Notes: generated by a model from the sequence alone, not told the origin. DNA of 64,000 nucleotides from Eledone cirrhosa (GCA_964016885.1 OZ024740.1:323888001-323952000), one strand, 5' to 3'; counted from the first letter of the stretch, positions 11,725 through 27,310 are shown. Made by a program: numbers and translations.

Positions 11725-12675
11725 GGGACACGTGTTCAGTATACCGTATAACTTAGCATTTTGACAGAAATGCGTACTGGGGTCGATATGATCTACTAAA
11801 TATCTTCAAAGCGGTGCCCCAGCATGACCGCATTCTAATAATCAGTGTAGGAAAAGAATAGGCAGACAAAAGAATGAAAATCTGATCGCGATTAATGGAA
11901 CCACTGGTATATTATTTTACTGGAAAAATACAAAATTATAAATGTATTAATAATGAGCTATTTTTTTAAGGACCTGCCAATAATAGTGTGCCTTTTTCAA
12001 GGAGGTAATTTTCAGGAAAAGATAAATAAAATGAATCAGCCCCCCCTGTTTGAGATGAGGTAATACTCTGCAGAACAATTCTAGTCACCTAAAACTCAAC
12101 TGAATTTTACATATGGGAATCTACCTTTTGTCTCCCAGTCTTACACAGTGAAGAGAGCTGTCTGTTTCTCTATTCTTAGCTGAACTGACGTGAAGATATA
12201 AGTAAATTTAACGGGATATGCCTTAGTGGAACACACAAATATACATACGTACATACAACTATTTTCTCCATCTTCCTGTCATCTCATTTCCCTTTGACGT
12301 TTTAGTCCTATGTAAAATAATAGTCGGGTACTTATATAAAAAGTGGAAGCGCGGTCAATGACTTTGCTTCACAACCAGATGGTGTCTAGTTTAGTCCCAC
12401 TGTGTTGCACCTCGGGTTTCTGCTAGTTTTGCCAAAGTGTCTCTGGTTTTAGAGTCTAAATATGTTTATTTACATAAAATCTTTCCATTATAATTTTATG
12501 TAATAACATTTGTTAAGTTATATTCAAAACATTAACTTCATAATGCGAAAGTGTGATAATTTTACTAAATCCTTCCAAATTCTGAATTATTTTCAAAATG
12601 ATGTGAAAAGGCAGTGTCTTTTATTAGAAATACGGTAACAAAGGAATTAACTAAAAAATCAAAGAATATACTTAC

Positions 12676-12930
12676 GTTTGGACAGGTAATATTTTGGTCG
12701 AGTGTTACAGGCAGTTGACGAACACAACCACGTCCTAGGGCTTCACGTTTCCGTCGTGAACTGAATACATGTAACTCTCTTTTTTCTTCTTCTGTTAAAC
12801 TATTACAGTAACGTATCTGGTTATCATGGGGTGGTAACTGCTGAAGAAGCTGCCGTATGCGGTATTTTTCTCCTAAGCTATTGATATACGGTATTTTGTC
12901 TTCGGGTAAGCAATTCATGTAGAGGTACAC
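12676..12930 (-). CDS. prickle: Internal coding exon of a prickle-family protein: C-terminal part of the PET domain
   Basis: Acceptor ttacag|GTG and donor AAC|gtaagt. 255 nt, 85 codons: [85 protein letters not shown], containing the PET signatures QLPPHDN and RKREALGRG. Confidence 0.95.
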
Positions 12931-13049
12931 CTGTAATGTACAATGAAAGAGTAGACAGTGAATATATGGAATTTAGATAATAAATACATCAATTTATATC
13001 AATACATGAAGTACATAGTATTTGTTGATAAGGAGGACGAGATGACATG

Positions 13050-13455
13050 ATTGTTTCTACTTTAGGCACACGACCGTCTGGGTGAAGGGGAAAGTCGATT
13101 AAATCGACCCCAGTGCATTACTGGTGCTTTATTTATCGACCTCGTAAGGATAAAAGGCAATGCTAACCTCAACGGGATTTGAACTAAGAAGGTAAAGGGC
13201 CGTAACTCTATGCCACGAAGCATGGTGTCCGACGTTCTACCGATATTGCCAATCCACCACTCTTAAGGTGACATAATTAAAGCTAGTACATTATTGTACC
13301 TTAATCTTTTATTATCTAGAAGTATGGTTTCTAATTTTGGGCGTGATGGAAAGTCGATTATATTGACCGTTAGTACTAGTACTTTATCGACCTATGAAGG
13401 GTGACGGGCAAAGATGACCTCAGATGGATTTGAACTTAGAATGTAAAGAGCCGGA
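13050..13455 (-). mobile_element. Two SINE family A copies (13050-13260 and an older one at 13325-13455)
   Basis: Reverse-complement match to the consensus. Confidence 0.8.
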
Positions 13456-13601
13456 CATTTCATAAAAAGCGGTAGTAGACACATGTGACCACGGAGCTCT
13501 CGTACTACGGTGAAACTATTGCATCAGTACAGTCATGTGCATCTGGCCTTTTCGTTTCTATAAGTATGAAAGATAAAATACGGGTGGACTTCTTTGCCCA
13601 C

Positions 13602-13769
13602 TTATTCCTGAGAGGGTTGTGGGGGAAGAGTCCTCAAACACTCCCTCCAGCGAGTCTTGTCAGAAGTAACCGCTTCTTACTGATCCAGCTGAATCCATAA
13701 GCAAGACCAGCCAAGCTCTTAGATGTTAGCCAACCACCTTGCTCGGGTTCTTCTCCTGGGTCTCCTGCG
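13602..13769 (-). pseudogene. 3' end of an RTE-clade LINE ORF (decayed)
   Basis: Translates as RRRPRRRTRARWLANI*ELGWSCLWIQLDQ*EAVTSDKTRWRECLRTLPPQPSQE*, resembling the RPRGRPRTRW..D..W...LLPPRP C-terminus of Expander/Rex3-type RTEs; two in-frame stops. Confidence 0.75.
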
Positions 13770-13869
13770 CGTGAATTCGATGATATATACTAAAGTATAT
13801 AATGTAATGGATATAATACAACTATAGGTGGGAAATTGGTAAATATACAGTGTAAGCCTCTGCTCCTAT

Positions 13870-14355
13870 AGAGCTGGAAATAGGTCTCTGATCAGATGTA
13901 AAGTGAAGGCACAAACCCAAAGCTATTAATAAGTCCAGACCATATGTGAAATGTAAGCTACACTCATTCAAAGTTTGAAATAGGCCCAGGGCACATGTGA
14001 AATGTAAGTGTTACACACATCCTAAGTTGGTAATAGGCCCAGCCCAGATGAGAAATGTAGGCTACACCCATCCAAATCTGGTAATAAGCCCAGACCAGAT
14101 GTGAAATGTAGGCTACACCCTTCCAAAGCTGGTAATAGGTCCAGGCCAGATGTGAAATGTAGGCTACACCTACGCAAAGCTGGTAATAGGATTAGGCCAG
14201 ATAGATGTGAAATGTAGGCTACAATCACCCACAGTTGGTAATAGGTCCAGACGAGGTGTGAAATGTAGGCTAAACCCATCAAAAATTGGTAATAAGTCCA
14301 AGTCAGATGTCAAATGTGCCCCTCCCCCCACCCACCTCCAAAGCTGGTAATAGGT
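13870..14355. repeat. Minisatellite with unit of about 51 bp, 9-10 diverged copies
   Basis: Unit ctggtaataggtccagaccagatgtgaaatgtaggctacacccatccaaag. Confidence 0.88.
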
Positions 14356-14432
14356 ATCACCCATGTTAAACTGATAGTGCTAATACATATATATATAGGT
14401 TACTAGCATATATATATATATAGGATACTAGT

Positions 14433-14463
<31 letters not shown>

Positions 14464-14882
14464 GTGTACATGATGTACTTATATGTAAAATAACAGAATA
14501 AAAAAACTAGAATATAGAGCGAGTAGGTCCCCATAAAATGGCATGCCAACTAATCGATCTGATCCCCATCTTGGAGTCCGTCCTTGTAATAACAGACGAA
14601 ATATTTTCCTCTAATGAGAAAATCAAAGAACATTTTTGTTTTTATTTCTATTATTTCTTCATCAGTGATCATCTATTATTTATGTCTTGTTGATCGGTTT
14701 CTTTCATAGGGCACCAATATTTACCTCATCAAATATCACTGCCTCAGTTCATCACCTAACAATTGAAATATCACAATTTACGGTAAAGGTCACACAACAC
14801 AGACACCCCCTCTCTTTCTCTTCCATACGCAAATATACGAGAGTTTGTTAGTTCTTCGTCGTTGTAGAAGCGCGGCCGGGAG

Positions 14883-14959
<77 letters not shown>

Positions 14960-15337
14960 AAAGCGCACCACCACCAACAACATAACGAACATCATCACCA
15001 TTACCTACAACTACAACATACAGACCAATAACACCAACATCTTGACCACCACCACCACCACCTCCTCTATAAGCAGCCCCACTATCACAACCAACACCGA
15101 CAAATGGCGATATGAAGCGAAAGCCGAACATAAAACGTATTTGTATGTCCGTATGCCCATGTGTGTATGTGTGCGTGTCTGTGCGTCTGTGTGTGCGTCT
15201 GTGTGTGCGTGTGCGTGTGTGTGTGTGTGTGGACTTATTTTCTATTATTGAGAACACTGAGAGGAATATAAAATTCTCTTCACTAATTAGAATACCTTCG
15301 CAATAGTTTATGGTCATAGTTTTAGTTCATTTGTCAT

Positions 15338-15394
<57 letters not shown>

Positions 15395-15825
15395 ACTACT
15401 ACTACTACTACTACTAACTACTACTACTACTACTACTGTTGCTACTAGTACTGCTGCTAGAAATAGTGCTGAAAGTGGTGGTACTACTAGTACTACTACT
15501 TCTAACAACCCCTACTACTACCACAACTACTACTAGAACTACTGCTATTACTGGTGGTGGTACTACTAGTACTGCTGCTTCATCTACTATTACTACTACT
15601 ACTACCACTACTACTGGATATAGTAACGACATGGTGTTGAAGATAACTTGATTAGTCTTTCTCCTCTCTCTTGTGTCTACCTACCCCCTTCTCCTTACCC
15701 ACCTCACAACTCCGAATCCTTTCAAAATCCCCATCTCTCTGCCTCTGCATAGCCCTACTCTCAACCGTCCCTTTATCAGCCCCTCTATCTGTCTACCCCG
15801 GCCCCTTCCACATTTCTCTGTACCC

Positions 15826-15893
<68 letters not shown>

Positions 15894-16128
15894 ACTCTCT
15901 AGTTGTCTCTCTCCTTCCACCTTTCTACTAAAAGTCACATCCGATAATATCAAGCCTATCTCATCTATAGGATCTCTCTTATCTATTTTCTACAAATGGC
16001 AGTAGGGACTGCTGCTACTACTGCGGCTGCAACTGTTGCTGCTGCTATTCCCAGTAATTTCAAGATGAGTCAACCATGTGACTTGTCGGGGAGGCGGGCA
16101 GACGGAACGTTCTCGATTTCACCTTAGA

Positions 16129-16240
<112 letters not shown>

Positions 16241-16256
16241 CATATGCATATATGTA

Positions 16257-16300
<44 letters not shown>

Positions 16301-16322
16301 TATAGACGCACACACATATGTA

Positions 16323-16410
<88 letters not shown>

Positions 16411-16430
16411 GACACACACACACATATGTA

Positions 16431-16461
<31 letters not shown>

Positions 16462-16501
16462 CTTTGGAAAACACATTAACGTTCCATATTCTACATGGTT
16501 G

Positions 16502-16574
<73 letters not shown>

Positions 16575-16878
16575 TGTGTATATATATATATAATCTGAGA
16601 ATTCCATATGAACTGACAAAATAAAGTAAGATTCTCTTAATATCTGTTAACTCCCTGATAATGTAGGATGAAAGGAACATTATCAATATCAAAGATGGAC
16701 TCCCCTCACCCCATCTTTTACCCCCCCACATCTAACTTTCAAAAACAACAATGTCTCATTCCTAATATAATTATATCAAGTGAAATGTATATAATCACCA
16801 CCCTATCACATCTCACCCACTCCTGATAGATAAATAGAGTATCTAGATTAAAGAGAGAGGTCAACACCATTTAGTATG

Positions 16879-16967
<89 letters not shown>

Positions 16968-17384
16968 TTGTGTATATATATATATATTTGTGTGTGTGCG
17001 TCTTAATCCATCTGGTTGTTCGATGTCACCGAAGACTGTGTCTTTAGTGTATGCCGAACGTTGTAACTCTCTTGTTCATATGTCAACTAGATGAAAGTAA
17101 ATGAGTTACACTTGTAATCCATGAGCGAGTCTTCTCACACACCATCTCATGCTGAATCCACCTGAGAACTATGTTGAAGTACTCGTGTATGTGCAGTAGT
17201 AAGCCATTTGTACATTAATTCCACAAGCCAAATGTCCCATTGATCAAATGAACCTGAAAACTCATCGTCGGAACCGACGGAGTTTCCACACATATACGCA
17301 CATTGTGCCGAACTTGTGACATCACCGAAAACGGTCTATAGTGTGTGCAGTCTCTCAAAGTAGGAATTATTTGCAGTTTTAGAG

Positions 17385-18098
17385 ACGGTAGCTTGGCAGA
17401 ACCGTTAAAGCCGCGGTTAATATGTTTTGCAGTATTTTGTCTGTCACTTTGCGTTCTGAGCTCAGATCTCGCTGAAGTTAAATTTGTCTTTCACTCTTTC
17501 GGAGTCAATAAAATATGTAACCAATCAAGTTCTGGGGTTTATTTAATCTACTTTTCCCCCGACACAATAAACTGCTGAACTTGTGCCTATATAAGAAACC
17601 ATTAGTTGAAGTTTAATAAGAGATATTAAGTCCAGAGTGATTAGAATTGTATTTTGCAACTGCTGTGGAAGTTTAAATAATGCAATTCTGTTAAAAATCT
17701 TTTACACACGCATACACCCAAATATATCAGCTATACAAAACGTGCTGAGTGCTCTGCTGTCTTTTCTACACACACACACACACACACTCAAACATACACG
17801 AGGTCGATAAAATATAGTACCAGTAATGCACTGGTATAATAGCCGGCCTTGTGCCAAAAGTAGAAATAAATATTTTTTTGCTCATAACGGGCGGTGGAAT
17901 GGCAGTATCGGTAGAGGGGTTGGACAACATGCTTTGCAGCATAGAGTTACGGTCCTTTATGATCTGATTTCAAATCCCGCCGAGGTTAACTTTGACAAGG
18001 TCGATAAAATAAAGAACCAGTAACGCACTGGGGTCGATTTAATCGACTTTTTCCTGCCCCAAATTTGCTGCCTTGTGCCTATATAAGAAACCATTATT
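17385..18098 (+). mobile_element. SINE family A copies: diverged 17385-17605, fragment 17800-17870, near full-length 17889-18098
   Basis: Consensus matches. Confidence 0.8.
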
Positions 18099-18508
18099 TT
18101 TATGCTCATACATACACACACGCACACATACAACTGAGGCCCCGCTATACTTCAACTGGTCTGCAGGGCTCTCCTTTGGAACTTTACTAAATACTATACG
18201 AACCTCGTACCTAAACATGCTACTCCGATCCATAGTCTTCTCGACCCATGTACCGCAAATACTTCAAGTCTGTGTGTATAAGTATATGCAGCAAAACAGT
18301 CCGTATGATGTAAACATGCAAAGAGCGCTCTACATAGTAAAAACGATCAAATTTGTTATGATTCAAACACGACATTGGGTTTCAAGGCCCTACAGACAAC
18401 TTGCCTCTACGCCCGATGAAAGGTACGAACCGTGGGTCTGCCTTATATATTCTGCATCGTTTTTCCGTGATTATGTCTTAAAACCTAAGGTAGCGTGTTT
18501 GAATTATA

Positions 18509-18539
<31 letters not shown>

Positions 18540-18922
18540 CACACACACTTAATGCGAAGAAATACCAATGATAATCAGCAGGCTACTGATGATGGTCATT
18601 CCTGTTTCTCGGTCTATTTTCATTCATATTTATATATATTTATATATATATATATATACACACACACATTATATATATCTAAATATATACACGAACATTA
18701 CACACACACACACACACACATTATATATATATATATATATGTATATAACCCTCGCGTCCCCTTTATTTACGTGTCCCAACGACTTTTTTTAGCCGTTGCT
18801 CGCACCAACCGGAGGTATATGGTCTTTAAAGCGATGAAATGCCTATGATGGTTGGAAGATCACTGATGAAGGACAAACTTTTTTCATATGTAACCCATTT
18901 GCAACTCCGCAGCGCCCTTATT

Positions 18923-18994
<72 letters not shown>

Positions 18995-19470
18995 CTAAAT
19001 ATAGACGAATATTCAATCTGATTATTCAAAACTAAGTAAATACTTTCGAAAATACGAAATAAAAATTGGAATACATACATACATACAAAATACACCCCAA
19101 CAAACCCCGACACAAATGGTAAACACAAGCATCTCTTATATTTTGGTGGTTTCCGAATATTTACCAAATTATCGATATTGTTTAACTTTCTGAAGGAAAT
19201 AAAACTAAATATTAAAATATAAATATGAAAATCTGTAAAATAAACGTAACTAGACATAAAATTGTTGAAATTGTTGTGAGAAAGGGATTTGGAGCAGAAG
19301 AAATAAGCAAGGAACAACATAGTGATAAAGATTATAAATATTGATTATAATACCAAACAAATCATTTGTGATAATAACATTAATTATATTTAGAATTTAT
19401 TGTAAATTCAGCACAAAAATCGAACAGCTGAAATTGAACCAATTTCTAATTATTGAAAAGGTTTATTCAA

Positions 19471-19514
<44 letters not shown>

Positions 19515-19738
19515 CCTTTTCCCTAATTCAGCCATTGGGATATATATAAAATCGAAAACATAGTTTATACACCCAAAACAATATAAATATAAGTATATAG
19601 ATATATATATATATGTAGGAGGTGAGTTTTATTGTAGTACAATAAAGCAATGCAGATATCGGATAAGTAGCACTCTACAGTTTGTAGGACTGGAGTATAA
19701 ATAATATAAGATCAAAAGATGGTTTAAAGAGTTCCATG

Positions 19739-19809
19739 TATTTTATTATGCGCATTTCAAAAACAAATATCATCATGCGATGACATTTGCGTTTTCGTCA
19801 GATAAAATA
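19739..19809 (-). ncRNA. Type I hammerhead motif with palindromic stem III ATGCGCAT
   Basis: Reverse complement: tattttat CTGACGA aaacgcaaatgtcatc-gcat-gatgatatttgttttt GAAAT gcgc ATA ataaaata. Confidence 0.78.
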
Positions 19810-20044
19810 GGGAGACATGATATGAAGGTTAAAAAACACTTGTGAATAGTGCAGTTTGTTGATTTAAAACTCTTTTATGGAACTCTTTTAACCATCTTTT
19901 GATCTTATATTATATATATATATATATATACATATATGTATATATATATATATATGGGAATATGCACTTTATCCCATACCACACACACAATGCATATGTA
20001 CTTACATAAGTGCGTGTATATGTTTGTGTATGTGTGTGTGTGTG

Positions 20045-20103
<59 letters not shown>

Positions 20104-20435
20104 TTTTCTGATCTGGTGAACTTAGTCCATAAATGAGGAAGATGTCAATATTTACAATAGAATAAATATATATGATTTATTTCCTTTTCTTACAACATAG
20201 CTACGATGTTTCAGCAAAGTGAGTCTGATGATTTCTCCCGTTTGAAATAGGTCTAGTCCTGTAGAAGTCTTTTCTATATTAAATATTTATACTCTGCTCT
20301 GTATTGAGTACCTGATTGAACCCGGGATACACTTATATATATATATATATATAGTGACTAACCTTTCACTATACATACATTCTACTTTCTGAAGCATCGA
20401 GTGCTTAGCTGGTCTTACTAGATGAAACTGGTCAA

Positions 20436-20469
<34 letters not shown>

Positions 20470-20705
20470 ATACAATATAAAGAGGGAGAGAGAGATCAGG
20501 AGATACTACTTTAGATTAGTTAGACCATATTTAGCTAAGTATTGGATACTTGGACAAATAGAGTGTAGGTATAGTGAAAGTTTAGTGCTCGATGGCTGAG
20601 TTCACGTCGTTTCCATGCGTTATCCACTCGCTGTTGAAACGGCATGAGCTCAGCCACCGGGCACTAACTTTTCACTATATGTGTGTGTGTGCGCACTGGT
20701 ATGTG

Positions 20706-20770
<65 letters not shown>

Positions 20771-20789
20771 TGGACATCAGTGAATTCCG

Positions 20790-21088
20790 ACAAGTTTTCC
20801 AATTGTTTGATTAACTGCACAATCTTCTCATGAAATTAACGTGCAAGTAACTGAGCATCCACAGACACGTGTATTCTTTAACTTAGTTCCTGTGGTGATT
20901 CGGCGTGACACAGTGTGTAATAAGGTTGGCCCTTTGAATTACAGGTAAAACCCATTTTCATCAGCTGAGTTGATAGGAACAACGTGAAATAAAATACACT
21001 GCTTATGAGCAGAACACGTCTCCTTGAACCAAACACACGAATATACGATCGTAAGCCGAACACCTTAACCACTCTAAGCCATGCGCTT
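20790..21088 (-). mobile_element. SINE family B copy
   Basis: Head gcgcatggcttagagtggttaagg and body tcaaagggccaaccttattacacactgtgtcacgccgaatc, shared with the copies at 42012 and 49812. Confidence 0.75.
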
Positions 21089-21728
21089 TTACAGTAAGCC
21101 ACGTGCCTACACACACACACACATTCACACACACACACAGTTCGTTCTTCAGAAAAGTACGAGTAAAAAAAAAAAAATACACAACAGATTTTGAGGAAGA
21201 AGTTTCTATTTATTTTAACAAAGGCATATTTCCACACCACAATAGTATTTACATACTTTGTACTACTACATAATTTTACTTCTGCATTATATCACTACTT
21301 CTTCGTCTCTAGATTTACTTATTGTTAAATATATCTTGTAGTCTTTTCATTATGTGTGTGAGAGAGCGGAAAATAGAGATATATGCGTGGTAAAGAAATG
21401 TGTTTTGTCATTTTTTTTCTTGGTATTTCATCAAGTTCATATTATCATTATTGGTGTTGTTGTTGGCATTATTATTATTATTATTATTATTACCGTTGTT
21501 GTTTCTCTTAGTTTTAGAATGTTTTTTACTCTCATTTCAACTTTATTGTCGTATCTTTGTTGAAATACTTCACTATATATATATATATATATGTGTGTGT
21601 GTATGTACATACGTCTGTGTATATGTATGTAAATGTGTGTGTGTATATGCACTCACGTACATAGAGGTATTTATACACTTACATTATATATATATACATA
21701 TGTATATAGATGTAGAGGATACACATAC

Positions 21729-21785
<57 letters not shown>

Positions 21786-21788
21786 TAT

Positions 21789-21832
<44 letters not shown>

Positions 21833-21897
21833 ATGTATACATATATACATACATACATATGTATATGAATATATAATCTATATGGTTATGTTTATTT

Positions 21898-21931
<34 letters not shown>

Positions 21932-21992
21932 CTGTGTGTATGTATACATATATACATATGTATATGAATATATAATCTATATGATTGTGTTT

Positions 21993-22063
<71 letters not shown>

Positions 22064-22295
22064 ATAAGTTATGATGAAAAAAGTAAAAAAAGTAAAAAAA
22101 AGCTGAGCAGATGACATGTGAATGAAGGAAAGCAGCAACAGAAAGTTTCAACAGAGCGAAGAATTTGATTGAGAAAATGGTAAATCCTCGGGCAGATGTT
22201 CCTGTGCCTTTGCGATACTTGTGTATTCCAAAGGAAGGAAATGATATGGACCTCCGTCGGTTTCAACGATAAGCGTTTCAGTTATTTGATCAACA

Positions 22296-22475
22296 ATAAC
22301 TGTTTCTACTTTAGGCACAAGACCAGCAATTACCCAGTACATTACTGGTACTTTATTTTTATCGACCCTGAAAGGATGAAAGGCAAAGTTAACATCGGCG
22401 GGATTTGAACTCAGAATATAAAACGCCATAACTCTATGCTGCAAAGCATTGTCTGACGCTCTACCGATACTCCCA
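22296..22475 (-). mobile_element. SINE family A copy
   Basis: Reverse-complement consensus match. Confidence 0.85.
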
Positions 22476-22916
22476 ACAATAACGACTATTCATGATATAG
22501 ACAACGTAATTACACAGGTGACTGAGCATTCCACAAATTCGTCTGCCTTTATGTATTTCTGAAGTACTTTTTTTCTTGTAACATAAGCAGTAATGTATTC
22601 TACAGATGCATATATATACCATAACGTAACGTTTGGAGATATAACCTTATATGGTACGTGTCCAGGATCGCCATTTGAGCTACAGGTGCAATAATTTCAA
22701 CGGGCTTCCGAGGATTCCGTCTACTCAATTTCACTCCCAAGGTATGGTTAGACCCGAGCCTATTGTAAATAACACTTGCCTAAGAAGCCATGATGTGGAA
22801 TGGAACCTATATAAAGAATTGGGTGGTTGGTGTGAAGGCGTACACATGTCGGCGTGGTTAAAGATTATGTTTCGCAACCACATGGTTCTGGGCTCAGTCA
22901 CATTGTAAACGCTGTC

Positions 22917-22965
<49 letters not shown>

Positions 22966-23070
22966 TTTGATAAAAATAAGATTGATACATGTACCAAATT
23001 TGAAACAATATCATCAGCTATATACTTTTACAGTGCTACCTAAAGTGGCCACAGTCTGAACCCAGGAAAA

Positions 23071-23165
<95 letters not shown>

Positions 23166-23288
23166 GTGTGTGTGTGTGTGTGTGTGTATACACTTTGATT
23201 ACCTGTACAGGTAATATTTATTAGAATGCTGTTGAAGTGCGTATACTTTGTTTGGTACACCTCGTATATATATAAACACACGCACACA

Positions 23289-23336
<48 letters not shown>

Positions 23337-23362
23337 CATAAATATATATAAACACACATACA

Positions 23363-23404
<42 letters not shown>

Positions 23405-23741
23405 TCAAGTCCCTCAGAGAAATAACAACCCAACCAGGAGCTGGACATATCGGAGTATTGACGGAGTAAGACACCTCATCAACATGTGTACCTGTCTCTA
23501 CCACACCAATTCGAACTGCCTGAAGAGATCACAGCCAATGATGGCTGTCACCGAAACATATATAGCAGTACATCTTTAATAAACGAAGCCGAATCTTAAA
23601 TATTTGACTTAATTACTTTATTTTATATATATATATAAAGATTTACATATACATAAAGTCACAGATATATATGTGGCAACCGGTCACGATGTGGCTCAAT
23701 GAATATATCTTATCTAATAATTCTAAGGACATGATTTATGA

Positions 23742-23795
<54 letters not shown>

Positions 23796-24109
23796 CATAA
23801 ATATATATATACATGCATATTCTCTGTTACTTGTGTGTATGCGTGGGAAGGAAGTGAGTAAAGGTAGTTAAGGGCCGCTAACTTGAAATGCGATCAAAAT
23901 CATAGCAAGGAATCAACAAAATCAAAAAATAACCCCAAACAACAATTGGAGCCCCTATATTCTGTTAATCTGGTATTCTGGAGTTTGAAGAATATGATGA
24001 CAGATTGACATAACCATTTGCTGGATGGTGAAAACTAGGTGTGCAGTAAAGTAAGGTATCATACACACGGGCGGAAGGCACACACACACACACACACAAA
24101 CACAAACAA

Positions 24110-24184
<75 letters not shown>

Positions 24185-24190
24185 CATATG

Positions 24191-24240
<50 letters not shown>

Positions 24241-24593
24241 TATATATATAGATGTGTATGCATATATGTATATGTGTGTGCGTGTGCATGTGCTTGTGTG
24301 TGTGTAATTACGCACACAAACATATGTTGAAGTATATATCAGATATGCTTTGAATATTTTCTTGATTTGTATTCTTATTCTTTATTTTATTTTATTTCCT
24401 CTTGTTTATCACCGCCACCACGACCACCACCGCCGCCAGCACCACCACCACCACCACCACCACCACCATTACAACATCCATCATCATCATCATCATCATC
24501 ATTGCTATGGCCGTTTCCCTAAACAGTATCATAACATCTGTCTTTTCATATTGCAAAAAGGTAAAACGATTACACGTCACAAAATCAATTAAG

Positions 24594-24633
<40 letters not shown>

Positions 24634-24961
24634 TACACACTCCCCCCCCCCCCACACTAGACCTTCCGTTCTATCTCTCTATCTCTTTCACACATACATT
24701 TCGACATCCCCCACCACTCCCATCATATCTGCTTCTATACACACCTCCTCCCCTCTCCGCCTTATCTGGTTACCCCCATCCCATTCATGGCCCGGCTGCT
24801 ATCACCTGCACCAGAATTACCTTTATTTATCTATGTTTGTATATCTATGTGTATATATATGTGTATATATATATATGTATAAGATATATGCATACATGTA
24901 TATATAAATACATATATGGGTGTTTCTATATATGTACATTACACCCCCACACACACACACT

Positions 24962-25011
<50 letters not shown>

Positions 25012-25042
25012 CATGGATATGTGTATGCGCGTGTTTATGTGC

Positions 25043-25082
<40 letters not shown>

Positions 25083-25159
25083 ATGTGTATGCGCGTGTTT
25101 ATGTGTATGTATATATTTATATATATATACATGTATATGTGTATGCGCGTGTTTATGTG

Positions 25160-25202
<43 letters not shown>

Positions 25203-25763
25203 TCACACACACACACATTCATACATACACACATGTTTGTGTGTGTGCGTATATATATGCATACATGCAAGTATATACATGTGTACATAGGTTAACAATC
25301 ACACCATCTTCTACCTCTGTCACCTGTGCTGTCATTTAACAACAAATACATTCTTTATTCAGTCTTCCTAGAAACCACACACCTATAACATCTGGACTAA
25401 ACACACATATATACATACACGCACATACGTACATACATATACACATACATTCATACACAGGGTCTGCATACACGCACATACATATACACACACTTATAAC
25501 CTAATATTCCAAATTTTCATATCTTTACATTCCTTATTAATTTCTATCGTGAAAAGCCGAGACCTCGTTGTTGTAATGTCACCTGTGCTATGATTTTTCA
25601 TTTCAACGTACATGTGAGGTGTGTGTTCATATACACACACATTCACAACATTATATATGTATGGTCCCGTAACTCCTTATGGAGTCGGAGGGCTGCCGTA
25701 TTGACATACGTTTCTTTGACATTTGTAAGCCTGGCAGCACCCATCTCTCTCCAGGCGTATATG

Positions 25764-25846
<83 letters not shown>

Positions 25847-25849
<3 letters not shown>

Positions 25850-25981
25850 AACGAGTAGGACCCCGACAGCTGAGCTCAAGCCGTTTCGACGGCTAATTCT
25901 GGACTAAAAAAAAAAAAAAAATTATTTTTTATTTTTTTTATTTAGTCCAGAATTAGCCGTCGAGGTCCTACTCGTTCCTAT
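25847..25981. repeat. Inverted-repeat element in (TA)n; one arm recurs at 63598-63657
   Basis: taggaacgagtaggacc...gacggctaattctggacta / tagtccagaattagccgtcgaggtcctactcgttccta. Confidence 0.8.
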
Positions 25982-26057
25982 TACCCACTCTACTACCCTA
26001 AGTATTGAGTACTTTGTTCCGTTATGGTTCACCTGGTTCCTTACCACATTTCCTTCG

Positions 26058-26111
<54 letters not shown>

Positions 26112-26989
26112 ATGTGTATATAAATAACCATAAAACGTTCATTCTCGTATCCAGAATTACATTATGTTATGTCTATGGCCTATAAGAAGAGGGTTAAGCA
26201 GATATATCATCCGGAGCCAAGAGAACCAAAGAAGGGCCCGTAATATCTCAAACCAGTCAGGCTCTAAACAGAACCCCCCCCCCCCCGCCCCCTATTTCAA
26301 ATCTTGCTTCGTCCAACAAATTTTTTCTCCGAGGTCCTATAGTTTTTTTTTAAAACCTGGGCTACGAATTGAGAGATGTTTTACTGTTATCTTACGTAGA
26401 GTTTGCAATAATTAATTGTAAAACTGACTTCATGGTTCATACGAATACTTTTTAAGGTTTCTTCGTAGTTTGATGATAAACGAGGCCTCACCTTTGAAAT
26501 TAATACTTTTGTTAATGGAAGGGAAATGAAAATTAAATGGAATTTACAGCTGAACCTACATATGTTGCATCACATATGAGGTTTTTAGATTATTTTAATG
26601 ATAGGGATCCAAATCCTATCAACACTACATGTCACATTTCACACCGATGTAGATTTAGCCAGTCTCTTACGCGATTTCATCTAATTGGAGGTTTCTTAGT
26701 CGTCTTAATAGGGTCCCCAGTCTTACGAAAGGTATAGTGATAAGAGGCATCTTGCACTCAGTGCGTGTCCGCCCCAGAAATCGAATTCACAATATTATGA
26801 TAAGGAGACCAACACAATAGTCACTAAGAGATGCACATTTCCCTAAGTTAATGATGAAAAGAGCTCACAGTTCATACTAATATTTCGTAATCTCGTTAAG
26901 AGTTACAAAGATCAAAGGAGGTGTATTTCCCAAGATATATAAGATGTATTTTTTTCTTCTACAGTAAAGAATATTCCAGATTTATGGAT

Positions 26990-27310
26990 TTGTTGTTGTT
27001 ACAGCTGGCACCAATGTACGATTGGCGTTGGCCTTCTACTAGGTTGCATCTCAGACGTTTCTTGGGTATTTTATGACAAAGACCCCAGTCATATCCTGTT
27101 GGTGTTGTTACAGCTCACGTCTATGTAGTGTTGGCTAGCCTCCTACGAAGTTGCATCTCGTATGAGGTTTATTGAATGTTTTAATAATAAAGGCCCTATC
27201 GTAGATTTATGGGGCATCAAACTTATCTTGTAACAGCCTACACATCTGCAGGTTTAGCTAGCCTCCTACAAGATTGCATCCCATAGGAGGTGTTCTGGCT
27301 ATCATAGATT
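26990..27310. repeat. Diverged tandem repeat of about 115 bp, 3 copies
   Basis: The ttgttacagct...gcctcctac..gttgcatctc motif occurs three times. Confidence 0.65.

Noticed and set aside
13870-14355. CRISPR-like look of the 51-bp repeats
   Set aside because: The whole unit is repeated, there are no unique spacers or cas genes, and the context is eukaryotic.
18039-18552. Non-repetitive-looking ORFs of 64 and 159 aa
   Set aside because: No recognisable domain or convincing splice sites, and they overlap SINE and microsatellite sequence.
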